Source: a phage. Taken from it: DNA of 64,000 bases. How positions within the stretch are numbered: the first letter of the stretch is position 1; every line of letters starts with the position of its first letter. The translations under genes were made by a program, and so were the position numbers. Below the pieces are notes generated by a model. That model did no database searches. It worked only from the letters and a program-made list of their open reading frames with translations, and had not been told where the DNA came from. Positions 16,757 to 25,611 of this stretch are shown here, in pieces. The DNA lies in the sequence record PX880103.1. One strand, written 5' to 3'.

Positions 16757-17440
16757 TTATCGTTTTGTTGGAAGAGATAGAGGATCGCATTCTTCCTCTG
16801 ATGGAGCATCTTCGAGACCCATAGCATATCGCAAAGCATACTTCATCATCAGAATATCTTTCGCACAGTCATGAATAGAATCATGCGCAACAAATCCATC
16901 TAAGGTTCCTTTTGGAAGAGGGCACGTGGTCATATCACGAACAAGCAGAAGTGCTTCAATTCTGGTACGAATATCACGCTGATTCCAGAATTTACATGGT
17001 TCTAACTTAAATGTGTCAAGCTCATTCTCAGAAACGCCGTTAAGACGTTGAATATCGCGAATGAGATCGACTAAAATTGGAAAATCAAACGACATTCCAC
17101 GGCACCAACCTTGAGATTTCCAAGGATCGATATTATGCGCATTGATGTAATCATTAAATTTTGCAATACCATCGATAGTACTTACATCTTCATCGGATGG
17201 TGCAATATTTTTTCGAGCTTCAGGAGATTGATTTTTCCACCATTCGATAGTGCTTTTAGTAAAAAGACGATGTCCTTTTTGGCTTTTTAAATCAAATTTG
17301 ATTTTAATGCCACGTGAAACTAATTCATCGAATGTTTCAACGACTTCTGGATTAGGGTCAAAAGCAATTACAGCCAAATCAATAACAGCTGCTTTTTCAC
17401 CACTTCCCATTGTTTCAAAATCTATAATAAAATCAAACAT
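16757..17440 (-). CDS. dexA: Exonuclease A (DnaQ-like 3'-5' exonuclease)
   Basis: 227 aa as in T4 DexA; N-terminal DxE motif (DFETMG); ATG confirmed. Confidence 0.85.
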   Translation of the reverse strand: MFDFIIDFETMGSGEKAAVIDLAVIAFDPNPEVVETFDELVSRGIKIKFDLKSQKGHRLFTKSTIEWWKNQSPEARKNIAPSDEDVSTIDGIAKFNDYINAHNIDPWKSQGWCRGMSFDFPILVDLIRDIQRLNGVSENELDTFKLEPCKFWNQRDIRTRIEALLLVRDMTTCPLPKGTLDGFVAHDSIHDCAKDILMMKYALRYAMGLEDAPSEEECDPLSLPTKR

Positions 17441-17682
17441 TAAACTTTCCTCGCTAAATCGCGAATTTGACCTACAGTATAGTCTTGAATATAAACTTTA
17501 TTAATAGGTTCATCAATAAATTTTGCCATAGATTCAATATCTTTTTGCATCTCTTCAAGACTGTATATTATCTTTAAAGCTTTTTCGCGAATAGTAATAT
17601 TTTCAGGACCAGAATTTTTCTCAATGACAGCTTTAACATTTGTCATAAGAGATTTAAACTGACACCAACTTAATTCAATCAT
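17440..17682 (-). CDS. Hypothetical small protein (about 80 aa), member of a tandem trio
   Basis: ATG at 17682 chosen (track start at 17715 overlaps upstream gene by 41 nt); C-terminus IQDYTVGQIRDLARKV resembles the neighbour. Confidence 0.45.
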   Translation of the reverse strand: MIELSWCQFKSLMTNVKAVIEKNSGPENITIREKALKIIYSLEEMQKDIESMAKFIDEPINKVYIQDYTVGQIRDLARKV

Positions 17683-17920
17683 TAATAACCGCCTTATAAA
17701 GATGGCTAATTTCACCTAAAACATAATCACTGATTGTAACAGTTTTTACTTCACCACAAAAGAATTCTAACGCAATTAAATCTCGTTCAATTTCTTCTAA
17801 TTGAAGCATTAACTTGCCTGATTCAGTTTTCACGTTTTTGCGATTTTTACTATAAGCTAATTCATAAATTTCATTTACTTTATCTTGAAGAAGATAAAAC
17901 TGATCTTTAGTTATTTCCAC
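17675..17920 (-). CDS. Hypothetical small protein (about 81 aa), member of a tandem trio
   Basis: GTG at 17920 with GAGGAAG SD (track start is TTG); C-terminus TISDYVLGEISHLYKAVIND. Confidence 0.45.
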   Translation of the reverse strand: MEITKDQFYLLQDKVNEIYELAYSKNRKNVKTESGKLMLQLEEIERDLIALEFFCGEVKTVTISDYVLGEISHLYKAVIND

Positions 17921-18167
17921 GAATAGCTTCCTCAAATTTAATTAGTAATTTACAGACACTTTCATCTAGTGTAATTACCGTATCTGTATTACTGTGATAT
18001 GATTGTTTTTCAATTCGTTTAATTGCTAATATAGTATCACTTATAAGATAAAGCTTATGAAGGAGCTCAGCTCCTGTTACCATAACATCGAGATTATCTT
18101 GCTTATTAGTATGCTTCCTTATACCATCTATTAGACGATTTAAATATTTTGAATTGATGTTAATCAT
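17907..18167 (-). CDS. Hypothetical small protein (86 aa), member of a tandem trio
   Basis: ORF track; similar length and charge pattern to the two downstream ORFs. Confidence 0.5.
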   Translation of the reverse strand: MININSKYLNRLIDGIRKHTNKQDNLDVMVTGAELLHKLYLISDTILAIKRIEKQSYHSNTDTVITLDESVCKLLIKFEEAIRGNN

Positions 18168-18173
18168 ATAGCC

Positions 18174-19493
18174 TCACACATAAAACACATCATAACGACC
18201 ACGGGTAACACCAACATAAAGAAGTTGTTGAGCTAATTCAGCATCTGCATAATGAATACAAGGCGTATAAATGAAAGCACGGTCTACAGACATACCCTGA
18301 GCTTTATGGAATGTTGATGCAGGAAGTGCTTTCACTTTACTAAACTGTGATTTAGCATCCCAAAAATCACTCCACGGAGCTTTTCCGCCTTTGTTCCAAT
18401 TTTTATAAGTTTCTGCCGTTTTACCTAAAAATAAGTTAAACTTATACAGCTCTTCATCAGATGAAATTATTTTAATCTTTTCACGATAATATTCATCATC
18501 GCCGTAAGTTTCTACTGTTAAATCCCAATGACGAATTAAGTATTCTCCAGAAACACCACGAGCTTTAACAAAGGTTGATGTATACTCTGCTTCTATAATA
18601 CGAACTAATTGTCCGTTATTAAAAATAATTTCTGACACAGGCTTTCCATCAATTTTATATGTTTTAATTAATGGTTCCTGCATTACAATAATTTCACCGA
18701 CAATAAAATCTTTATCAGTTTCAAAAATCTTTTTACGAATAATGCTATTTAACTTATCAACAGATTTATTCGTAAATGCCATTACACGATTTTCAAACAA
18801 ATCATCTAGTGATTTTACGATTGAAAAATAATTTACCATAAAATCACGTAAAGCGGTATCACCAGTAAATCCACGTACTCCATGCCCGTCAACAACTTTA
18901 TCATAAATCCACTTACCGTTGCGAACATCAGTAGCTACATCAATAATAGGAGCATTACTGCGTTTAACTTCAGTGAGTTCACACTGATAAAAATCTTTAT
19001 GTGTAAAGAATGGACTGATATAAGCAGTGTTTTCTCCTGGGTCAACAGGTCTGATTTGCTTATTATCACCTATTCCAATTATAGTACACCACGGCGGGAT
19101 AGTTGAAAGCAGAATTTTAAATAGCTTTCTATCATACATTGACACTTCATCGCAGATTAATACCCTGCATTTAGCTAAATCTGGTACTTCCTTCTGCTCA
19201 AAGAGGACATTTTCTTCATATGTTACCGGGTTAATTTTAAGAATACTATGAATAGTACTTGCTTCTTTCCCTGATAGTTTTGAAAGAATCTTTTTAGCCG
19301 CATGAGTAGGAGCTGCTAAAATAATACCAGTTTCACCCGTAGATATTAAAGCTTCAATGATGAACTTAGTAAGAGTAGTCTTACCAGTACCAGCAGGTCC
19401 ATTAATAGTTACATGATGTTTCTTTTCTTTAATAGCCTTCATAACAATGTTAAAGGCATTTTTCTGGCCTTCGGTCAAATCATCAAATGTCAT
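18174..19493 (-). CDS. dda: Dda DNA helicase (SF1B)
   Basis: 439 aa as in T4 Dda; Walker A GPAGTGKTT near N-terminus; ATG confirmed. Confidence 0.9.
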   Translation of the reverse strand: MTFDDLTEGQKNAFNIVMKAIKEKKHHVTINGPAGTGKTTLTKFIIEALISTGETGIILAAPTHAAKKILSKLSGKEASTIHSILKINPVTYEENVLFEQKEVPDLAKCRVLICDEVSMYDRKLFKILLSTIPPWCTIIGIGDNKQIRPVDPGENTAYISPFFTHKDFYQCELTEVKRSNAPIIDVATDVRNGKWIYDKVVDGHGVRGFTGDTALRDFMVNYFSIVKSLDDLFENRVMAFTNKSVDKLNSIIRKKIFETDKDFIVGEIIVMQEPLIKTYKIDGKPVSEIIFNNGQLVRIIEAEYTSTFVKARGVSGEYLIRHWDLTVETYGDDEYYREKIKIISSDEELYKFNLFLGKTAETYKNWNKGGKAPWSDFWDAKSQFSKVKALPASTFHKAQGMSVDRAFIYTPCIHYADAELAQQLLYVGVTRGRYDVFYV

Positions 19494-19801
19494 CGTAAAT
19501 TCCCTGCAATTGGTATACTAACAATACGCCCAGTATCTAAAATTCGCTGATATAATCTTTGTGTGTCTACGTCAGGCTTAACATGTTTAACTTCTATTTT
19601 ATTAAACCAAAACTTGCGTGGAGTCTCAACTAATCTTGGAATTCCCTTACCTAAAGCTAATTGATACTGCTCTTTAAGAGTGGTAAATACTTTATCAGCA
19701 ATCTTCCATTCAAAAAATACAGCAGGACGATGTTCATCAAGCGGAACTGGCGCTGTAAATCCGTCTTTGTCTCGGTAAACTATCGCATATACATAAACCA
19801 T
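19490..19801 (-). CDS. Hypothetical protein (103 aa, dda.1 position)
   Basis: ORF track; ATG confirmed; overlaps dda start by 4 nt. Confidence 0.55.
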   Translation of the reverse strand: MVYVYAIVYRDKDGFTAPVPLDEHRPAVFFEWKIADKVFTTLKEQYQLALGKGIPRLVETPRKFWFNKIEVKHVKPDVDTQRLYQRILDTGRIVSIPIAGNLR

Positions 19802-19802
19802 A

Positions 19803-20549
19803 TTATCCTCGGATAAGTTTAAAAATTGAACAATTTAGCGGGTATCCTCTTTTCAGTTTAAGTTTATCAATAAAAGACAAATTTTGATACCGCTCTACAC
19901 CTTGAATAATTTTATCACACATATCATATTGCATTTCTGCTTCTGACAACTTTTTCACAATTTTCCAATCCGAGCCTTTAAGAAGAACGTTCAATTTAAC
20001 AACTTCAGCACCTTCAGCTATGCGAGAACCATCAATACGTGCTTTAAGTGCTATAATTCTTAGCTTAATGTCAGAGGTCTGTTTTGATTTAGAAAGCTGA
20101 GAAATGTGCTCAATTCGGTTTTCACGTTTTTTCTGTATAGCTTTAATTTGATTATAAGTCTTTTTGATTTTAGCCCATTTCTTTTCATCTAAATTTAGTT
20201 TATGAACTTTTTTCGCAGATGAACGACCAATTCGCAAAGCAAACAAATCACGCTTTTCGATCAACTCTTCTAAAGTATAATCAGAACGAAATGTATTATA
20301 CTTTTTCTTTACTGCAATAACATTCCCTTTAATGTATCCAACGTTATTATCAAAACGTTCTAATGATAATTTCTCTCCTTCAATACGATTATCAAAAGGT
20401 TCTCCTGAATAGGCACAAACTTTTTGATCTAAAATGTTCTTAATGTAATTGAAGTCTAAGTTAAAATCTTTAGAACGTCTTTTTGCAGATGCCTGAGTAT
20501 GCTCTAAACGACGTTTAATTTTACGAATTTGATTATTAGACAGCTTCAT
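19803..20549 (-). CDS. srd: Srd-like basic protein (248 aa)
   Basis: Position between dda.1 and modA and size fit T4 srd (from memory, unverified); very lysine/arginine rich. Confidence 0.45.
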   Translation of the reverse strand: MKLSNNQIRKIKRRLEHTQASAKRRSKDFNLDFNYIKNILDQKVCAYSGEPFDNRIEGEKLSLERFDNNVGYIKGNVIAVKKKYNTFRSDYTLEELIEKRDLFALRIGRSSAKKVHKLNLDEKKWAKIKKTYNQIKAIQKKRENRIEHISQLSKSKQTSDIKLRIIALKARIDGSRIAEGAEVVKLNVLLKGSDWKIVKKLSEAEMQYDMCDKIIQGVERYQNLSFIDKLKLKRGYPLNCSIFKLIRG

Positions 20550-20585
20550 ATTTTTCTCACATCTTACGGACGGTTAACTACTTAT

Positions 20586-20615
20586 ACTATAACATTTTTA
20601 CTTTAACTTGTAAAC
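20586..20615 (-). promoter_or_regulatory. Early promoter (GTTTAC-N18-TATAGT) for srd
   Basis: Minus-strand GTTTAC at 20610-20615 and TATAGT at 20586-20591. Confidence 0.6.
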
Positions 20616-20629
20616 AACTTTATGAAAAA

Positions 20630-20654
20630 TGCTTTAAAACTTTCATGGTATAAT
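20630..20654 (+). promoter_or_regulatory. Plus-strand middle-promoter-like element (TGCTTTA, 12 bp, TATAAT), antisense to modA
   Basis: aTGCTTTAaaactttcatggTATAAT read on the plus strand; points into the 3' end of modA. Confidence 0.35.
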
Positions 20655-20671
20655 GAATCTAAGTCCTTCCA

Positions 20672-21274
20672 TTATAGATTAAATCCTTCAAAATCAAGAG
20701 TATAGATAGTGTATGTTGAATACTTTTTGTACTCATATCTGTCTGCAATTCTAAATACACTTCCAGCTGGTATCATTACTTCTTGTTCATCTGAAACTAA
20801 TTCCATATTACGATAACGATGGCTATCCGGAAACTTAAAGTTTGGATTGTATTCTTTACAGCGTAGAGCTTTTATAGCATACTCCTGGAAATTGAATACC
20901 ATAGGAGCTTTGAATTCAAAAATAACTTGTGTGTTATACTCTAAACCGGAAGCAAAATGTAGAGCTATATTTTTATCATATGAAGCTGATACTACTTTAT
21001 CAAATGTAATAATATCAATTCCTTGATTTAATACTTGTTTAGTCTCAGCTGGAACACCTCTCCAAAGAGGTTTATCGTTTGGAACCAAACGAGATTTGAT
21101 TATTTCATTTAACCAAGAATGATCGTCTGGTTTATTAGTAATACAATGAATTAAAAGTTCAATTTCAGATAAATTAAACCCTTCAGAAAGTAATTCTTCA
21201 CGAATAGAAGCACGCACCGATGCATCCATTGATTTTATTTTAAAATCTTTTAGTTGCATTACTGAGTATTTCAT
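20672..21274 (-). CDS. modA: ADP-ribosyltransferase ModA
   Basis: 200 aa as in T4 ModA; adjacent paralogue modB; ATG confirmed. Confidence 0.8.
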   Translation of the reverse strand: MKYSVMQLKDFKIKSMDASVRASIREELLSEGFNLSEIELLIHCITNKPDDHSWLNEIIKSRLVPNDKPLWRGVPAETKQVLNQGIDIITFDKVVSASYDKNIALHFASGLEYNTQVIFEFKAPMVFNFQEYAIKALRCKEYNPNFKFPDSHRYRNMELVSDEQEVMIPAGSVFRIADRYEYKKYSTYTIYTLDFEGFNL

Positions 21275-21894
21275 TCAACTACCTCAATATCATAAACTTT
21301 AAATGTTCCAAATGAATCGTGTAATTTTTCTTTTGAAATAGAAGTTATTCTATACTTTCCAATTGGAATCATCCATTCTTGTTCACGCACAATCATCATT
21401 AAGTTATCAGTACGCTCTGAATCTAGCCCATCAGTATCTTCATATGTGTACTTAAACTCAGTATTAGGAGAAGAAAGTATAATATCGCTGATATGGTCAG
21501 AATAATTAAAAGCTTTATTAGTTTTTAAGCGAAGTATTATTTTAGTAAAATATTCAGCATAAGAAAAAGAACATGCTGTGAGCAAACTAGTAGTAAATGA
21601 ATCTACTCTATTCGTTGAAAACACTTCTCCAACTTGTAAATCTTTAATAAGTTCTTCTGTTGATTTTGATATACCACGATATAACTGATAAGGCGATTTA
21701 GTTAAATGCTTTTTAATGATTTTATTCAACTGCCTATGAAGAGCTTCATTCTTTTTGGCTTCCATACATTGCCAAAGAATGGATTGTTCAAAGTCGGTAA
21801 ATTTTTCACAGACCTTTTTATACATATCATATTGAAAATCGACGCTTTCAGCTTTTATAGATAACTGTTCAACATCTGTAAGATTAATAATCAT
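21271..21894 (-). CDS. modB: ADP-ribosyltransferase ModB
   Basis: 207 aa as in T4 ModB; GGAGG SD; ATG confirmed. Confidence 0.8.
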   Translation of the reverse strand: MIINLTDVEQLSIKAESVDFQYDMYKKVCEKFTDFEQSILWQCMEAKKNEALHRQLNKIIKKHLTKSPYQLYRGISKSTEELIKDLQVGEVFSTNRVDSFTTSLLTACSFSYAEYFTKIILRLKTNKAFNYSDHISDIILSSPNTEFKYTYEDTDGLDSERTDNLMMIVREQEWMIPIGKYRITSISKEKLHDSFGTFKVYDIEVVE

Positions 21895-21920
21895 GATAGC
21901 CTCCGTATACTTCAGAAGCT

Positions 21921-21950
21921 ATCATATCATCGTTAGAAAGGAAAGTAAAC
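21921..21950 (-). promoter_or_regulatory. Early promoter (GTTTAC-N18-TATGAT) for modB
   Basis: Minus-strand GTTTAC at 21945-21950 and TATGAT at 21921-21926. Confidence 0.55.
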
Positions 21951-21961
21951 AACTTTTTGAA

Positions 21962-22144
21962 TTATTTTGCCCAGGGAGCCCAGGGCGGAGGGTCAAGATG
22001 GTATGAAGCTAGTTCTTCTAGAAGAGCATCTGGGGCTTCAATTCCATAATTCTGTAATACTATACGGTACTCTTTCTTATAATCACTAGAATCATTCTGG
22101 ATATTCGTAGTATGATTATCTTCTAACATCTCAAATAAATCCAT
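21962..22144 (-). CDS. Hypothetical protein (60 aa)
   Basis: ORF track; ATG confirmed; proline/tryptophan-rich C-terminus (PPPWAPWAK). Confidence 0.45.
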   Translation of the reverse strand: MDLFEMLEDNHTTNIQNDSSDYKKEYRIVLQNYGIEAPDALLEELASYHLDPPPWAPWAK

Positions 22145-22152
22145 ATTAATTC

Positions 22153-22623
22153 CTAGCGATAAAAACCAAAATGACGATTAGCTTCAATAATCTTTCTTTC
22201 TTCTTCGGACATTCTCCAGCGTAGTCCAACATCAAAATGAGCCCAGACCATCTTAACAAATGCGTGTATGTCTTTAATATCTTCAATAATGAATGTTTTA
22301 CTTTTCGAAGGTTGACTCGCTAATTTAACTTTATCATCTTCAAACAGGTCAAAAAGACCATATTCATGAGCTCTTTTATAGCCTTTAATAATTAAAGCTT
22401 CAGAAGAAGAAAACGGTGAATCAGTATTCTGCAAAATATCTTCAGTATGCTTTATAATTAGAATAACATTTTCTGGATATTTTCTTTCTTTTATATCTTT
22501 AATTAAAATATCCGGATTTTCTGCTAAAGGAATAATTAATGAACAATTTTTATCAAGCGTATTTACTGATTTACCTTCTTTAGACATAAATTCTATTGAA
22601 TAATGTTTTGCTACTTCAATCAT
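22153..22623 (-). CDS. Hypothetical protein (156 aa)
   Basis: ORF track; ATG confirmed. Confidence 0.5.
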   Translation of the reverse strand: MIEVAKHYSIEFMSKEGKSVNTLDKNCSLIIPLAENPDILIKDIKERKYPENVILIIKHTEDILQNTDSPFSSSEALIIKGYKRAHEYGLFDLFEDDKVKLASQPSKSKTFIIEDIKDIHAFVKMVWAHFDVGLRWRMSEEERKIIEANRHFGFYR

Positions 22624-22768
22624 GTGATTTCCTTTTGCCTACTAATGGACCGTCAGGAATTTTGTTTTCCTGGATATATTTCTCATTTTCTTCCATCATT
22701 TTACTGCCAATTTTAAGAAGCAAATCCATTGCTTCATTTGCTTTAGCTTTAGCCTCTTCTAACGTCAT
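22616..22768 (-). CDS. Hypothetical small protein (50 aa)
   Basis: Below track cutoff; [33 protein letters not shown]...; overlaps next start by 8 nt; weak SD. Confidence 0.3.
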   Translation of the reverse strand: MTLEEAKAKANEAMDLLLKIGSKMMEENEKYIQENKIPDGPLVGKRKSHD

Positions 22769-22776
22769 ATCTCTGT

Positions 22777-22980
22777 TCACGATTTATCCCCATAGATGTC
22801 TCTCATTAATTTAAGCGCTGAGCGTTCTAATTTCTTTTCTTTCTCAGCACTAATCATTGATTTCATCCATTCTTCTGATTCGTTCTGCATTTCTTTATTT
22901 GCTTGTTCAATCCAACCATCATCAATATACATTGAGTTTGGTCTATTGAACCATTCAAGAATCTTCTTGAGAGCTTTCAT
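22777..22980 (-). CDS. Hypothetical protein (67 aa)
   Basis: ORF track; ATG confirmed. Confidence 0.5.
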   Translation of the reverse strand: MKALKKILEWFNRPNSMYIDDGWIEQANKEMQNESEEWMKSMISAEKEKKLERSALKLMRDIYGDKS

Positions 22981-23440
22981 TTGTTTTACCTAAAACGATA
23001 GTATGGACACCGTCAAATTCATGAATTTTTAGCAAATTTGGATTTAAATTATTCCATAAAGAGGTAATAAAATATGATAGCGCACTTTCGTCCGTAATTA
23101 TAAATTTATTTCCTTTATCTATTTTCCAATCATATATTGAATCGTATGAATAGAAGGATAACGGTTTATTATTATAGTATGCTTCAGCAACATCAATATA
23201 GTTAGATTTAGTAAATGCTTGAATTGCCATAAATGGAGAATTTTGTACAGTTTCAATAATTCCGATCTTTTTAAGTTTTATTTCAACATCTTCTGGAACT
23301 GGCATTGAAATAAAATCTTCTACTAGATACATGTCATTGTCATATCTTTTATCAATCATTACTGCTACTGTAATTGGAACATCCTTGACAAACGCCATAC
23401 TAATACTATTGATAGACATTTCAAACAAAATCGCTTCCAT
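22955..23440 (-). CDS. Hypothetical protein (161 aa)
   Basis: ATG at 23440 with GAGGAAA SD (track start at 23473 overlaps upstream ORF). Confidence 0.5.
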   Translation of the reverse strand: MEAILFEMSINSISMAFVKDVPITVAVMIDKRYDNDMYLVEDFISMPVPEDVEIKLKKIGIIETVQNSPFMAIQAFTKSNYIDVAEAYYNNKPLSFYSYDSIYDWKIDKGNKFIITDESALSYFITSLWNNLNPNLLKIHEFDGVHTIVLGKTNESSQEDS

Positions 23441-23448
23441 AATTTTCC

Positions 23449-23787
23449 TCAATCGCAAGATGTAGATGAACAACTAGAATCACAAGAACTTCCACATGAA
23501 TCGCCCGTCCATACATGAACAGGAACATTAGTATCATATGAATCAGAACTAGACTGTGTATTCTGCGTATTAGATGATGTAGGTGTTGACCAGCGCCAAG
23601 GATTTTTATAATATTCTTGGGCTTCTTCATAAGTCATAGTAACTGCTTCTACTGTTCCATCTCCCATATAAACATATTCAACTACAGTTAAAGGAAGATA
23701 GTCATTTGAAATAGGAACTACACCTTCCCCAGGAGTCGTAGAGAAAAAATCCGTAAAGAAACTTTTAAACCAATTAAAGATAAACAT
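23449..23787 (-). CDS. Hypothetical protein (112 aa) with Ser/Cys-rich C-terminus
   Basis: C-terminus ...[20 protein letters not shown] preceded by a Ser/Thr/Gln-rich linker; ATG confirmed. Confidence 0.5.
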   Translation of the reverse strand: MFIFNWFKSFFTDFFSTTPGEGVVPISNDYLPLTVVEYVYMGDGTVEAVTMTYEEAQEYYKNPWRWSTPTSSNTQNTQSSSDSYDTNVPVHVWTGDSCGSSCDSSCSSTSCD

Positions 23788-23993
23788 TACAAAAAGCCTC
23801 TTTTGAATTCGACTTGCTTCTCACCATAATCATACCGAATCTCTGCATTAAACTCAACAGAACCATCTGCGTACATCATAAATGAATGCACGACAACTTC
23901 TGTAGACCATGGTTGCAATTCATATTTCTTCATTACATGCCGTGAAATGATAATATCTAAATCTTCATTTGGTTTAATCCAACGATTTAACAT
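23787..23993 (-). CDS. Hypothetical protein (68 aa)
   Basis: ATG with GAGGAGAG SD, downstream of the 24020-24049 promoter. Confidence 0.5.
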   Translation of the reverse strand: MLNRWIKPNEDLDIIISRHVMKKYELQPWSTEVVVHSFMMYADGSVEFNAEIRYDYGEKQVEFKRGFL

Positions 23994-24019
23994 AGTGCTC
24001 TCCTCTATAAGATAATTCT

Positions 24020-24049
24020 ATTATACCATACTCATTTTGGAAAGTAAAC
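24020..24049 (-). promoter_or_regulatory. Early promoter (GTTTAC-N18-TATAAT)
   Basis: Minus strand GTTTACtttccaaaatgagtatggTATAAT. Confidence 0.65.
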
Positions 24050-24065
24050 CAGTAAAATGAAAAAA

Positions 24066-24083
24066 GGACTCCCGAAGGAGTCC
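24066..24083 (-). terminator. Hairpin plus T-run after soc
   Basis: ggactcc-cgaa-ggagtcc followed on the minus strand by TTTTTTCATTTT. Confidence 0.65.
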
Positions 24084-24091
24084 TTAAATTA

Positions 24092-24328
24092 TTAACCACC
24101 TATTTCTGTAGGGGTAAACATTGCAGCATTCTTAGTTTTCCAATCAGCTGCATCAGAAACTACGGTAGAATATGCTGCCTTTTCAGAAGGAAAGATCTGA
24201 TAATGAGAATCTGCGATACGATGCTCGTTAGAATAAATTTCAAACGGAACAGAAACTTCCATACCTTTAACTTCTTTGCCTTCACCTGCTGGATGAGTAA
24301 AGGTCTTGATGTTAACGAAACCACCCAT
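24092..24328 (-). CDS. soc: Small outer capsid protein Soc
   Basis: 78 aa; resembles T4 Soc (GFVNIKTF...EGKE..AHYQIFPSEKAAYSTV). Confidence 0.8.
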   Translation of the reverse strand: MGGFVNIKTFTHPAGEGKEVKGMEVSVPFEIYSNEHRIADSHYQIFPSEKAAYSTVVSDAADWKTKNAAMFTPTEIGG

Positions 24329-24370
24329 AATAAACTCCTTTATTGTTTAATTACAGGTGTATTTATATCA

Positions 24371-24889
24371 TCAATAACCTCGGTCTTGACGAGCGAAGTT
24401 TTCAGCATTTTTCAGATAATAAAGTTTAAAGATTTCTTCAGCCGTAAGACCGAGACCTTGGAACATGTTCAGAACGAAATGAAGAATATCAATCATTTCG
24501 AATTTAATTTCCAACTGGTCTTGTGGAGATAAGTCAGTAATCAGAGTTTCACGACGTTCACCGTGTTGCGACTTCCAAGGCTTCCATACAGCAGATGCAT
24601 CTTTTTCGCCATTGCTCATACCACCAAGAGAAGTCAGAAGTTCGCGGAATTCATCATCAATATAATCTTTCTGATTACGCAGCCAATCAACAACTTCACC
24701 TGCAGTAGCCAAATCATCAGGATGACGGTTATATTCAGGTTTATCTTTAGCTAAACGAACCTGCAGAGATTTCTGCATATCAAGCATAACTTGCAACGGA
24801 TCTTTTTCATCACCGAGAATATCCCAGTATTCATTTTGAGCTTTATCAGCGCCTTCGATCAGTTGACTACATTCGTTGAAATGTGGCAT
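24371..24889 (-). CDS. 56: dCTP pyrophosphatase (dCTPase/dUTPase) gp56
   Basis: 172 aa as in T4 gp56; MazG-like acidic motifs; ATG confirmed. Confidence 0.85.
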   Translation of the reverse strand: MPHFNECSQLIEGADKAQNEYWDILGDEKDPLQVMLDMQKSLQVRLAKDKPEYNRHPDDLATAGEVVDWLRNQKDYIDDEFRELLTSLGGMSNGEKDASAVWKPWKSQHGERRETLITDLSPQDQLEIKFEMIDILHFVLNMFQGLGLTAEEIFKLYYLKNAENFARQDRGY

Positions 24890-24890
24890 G

Positions 24891-25541
24891 TTATTTTTCC
24901 TTTCTTATGAAGTTTTCTATCATATGTCTATAGCAGATATTAGGATAACCTGCCTTGACAGCTATTTTATTAAATTTTGTGCGCTTAGGTCTATTATTAT
25001 AAACCCATAATTCATAAAGCGCATCATAACTATTCCATATTTCTCCTCGCCTAGGATTTGGTAAACCATATCGAGGTGAATTTTTACCGCTAAATCTTCC
25101 TTTTCGGGCTTTACTCATATTAGCCTTGGCTTCATCGGATATAATTTTACCTTTATGAGCTAGACGCATTTTGGCTTTAGTTTCTTCTGGGGTCTTTTTG
25201 CCTTTAATCCATGACGGCTTGCCATATCTAGGATTATTTTCACCCGAGAAAAGAACAGAGTTTTGGATTTTAAGGGTTTCTATTAATCTACTTGTTAATT
25301 TAACACCTTTATTATATCGCATTAAATTTACAGCATAATGCAATCCTCTCACATCTGGATATATTTTAGTTAATAATCTATGAGCTATAAAATGCTCACG
25401 CGCAGTTAACTCAACAAGATTGTTTTTGTCATCTGCTCCTCCTATACATCTAGGAATTATATGATGGCGTTCTTTATATCCGCCAAGATGCCGGCATTTA
25501 GCTTTTGTAATTAAAGCCGAGTAAATTTTTTGGTAATTCAC
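24891..25541 (-). CDS. Free-standing HNH homing endonuclease with NUMOD-like repeats
   Basis: GTG start with AAAGGA SD; HNH core GGYKERHHIIPRCIGGADDKNNLVELTAREHFIAH; repeated GxNxPxYGK / K(A/G)K motifs; C-terminus paralogous to 41877..42731. Confidence 0.75.
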   Translation of the reverse strand: MNYQKIYSALITKAKCRHLGGYKERHHIIPRCIGGADDKNNLVELTAREHFIAHRLLTKIYPDVRGLHYAVNLMRYNKGVKLTSRLIETLKIQNSVLFSGENNPRYGKPSWIKGKKTPEETKAKMRLAHKGKIISDEAKANMSKARKGRFSGKNSPRYGLPNPRRGEIWNSYDALYELWVYNNRPKRTKFNKIAVKAGYPNICYRHMIENFIRKEK

Positions 25542-25574
25542 ATATATCCTTTCAATTCATGGGTTAGTAGATTA

Positions 25575-25598
25575 ATTATACAATAAATATATAAAGCA
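25575..25598 (-). promoter_or_regulatory. Middle-promoter-like element (TGCTTTA, 11 bp, TATAAT) upstream of the HNH gene
   Basis: Minus strand tTGCTTTAtatatttattgTATAAT; overlaps the plus-strand AATAAATA box of the divergent small ORF. Confidence 0.45.
25582..25589 (+). promoter_or_regulatory. Late-promoter-like AATAAATA box upstream of plus-strand ORF 25612..25812
   Basis: 7/8 match to TATAAATA, about 22 nt before the ATG; strong AAGGAGGA SD follows. Confidence 0.3.
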
Positions 25599-25611
25599 AT
25601 AAGGAGGACAT

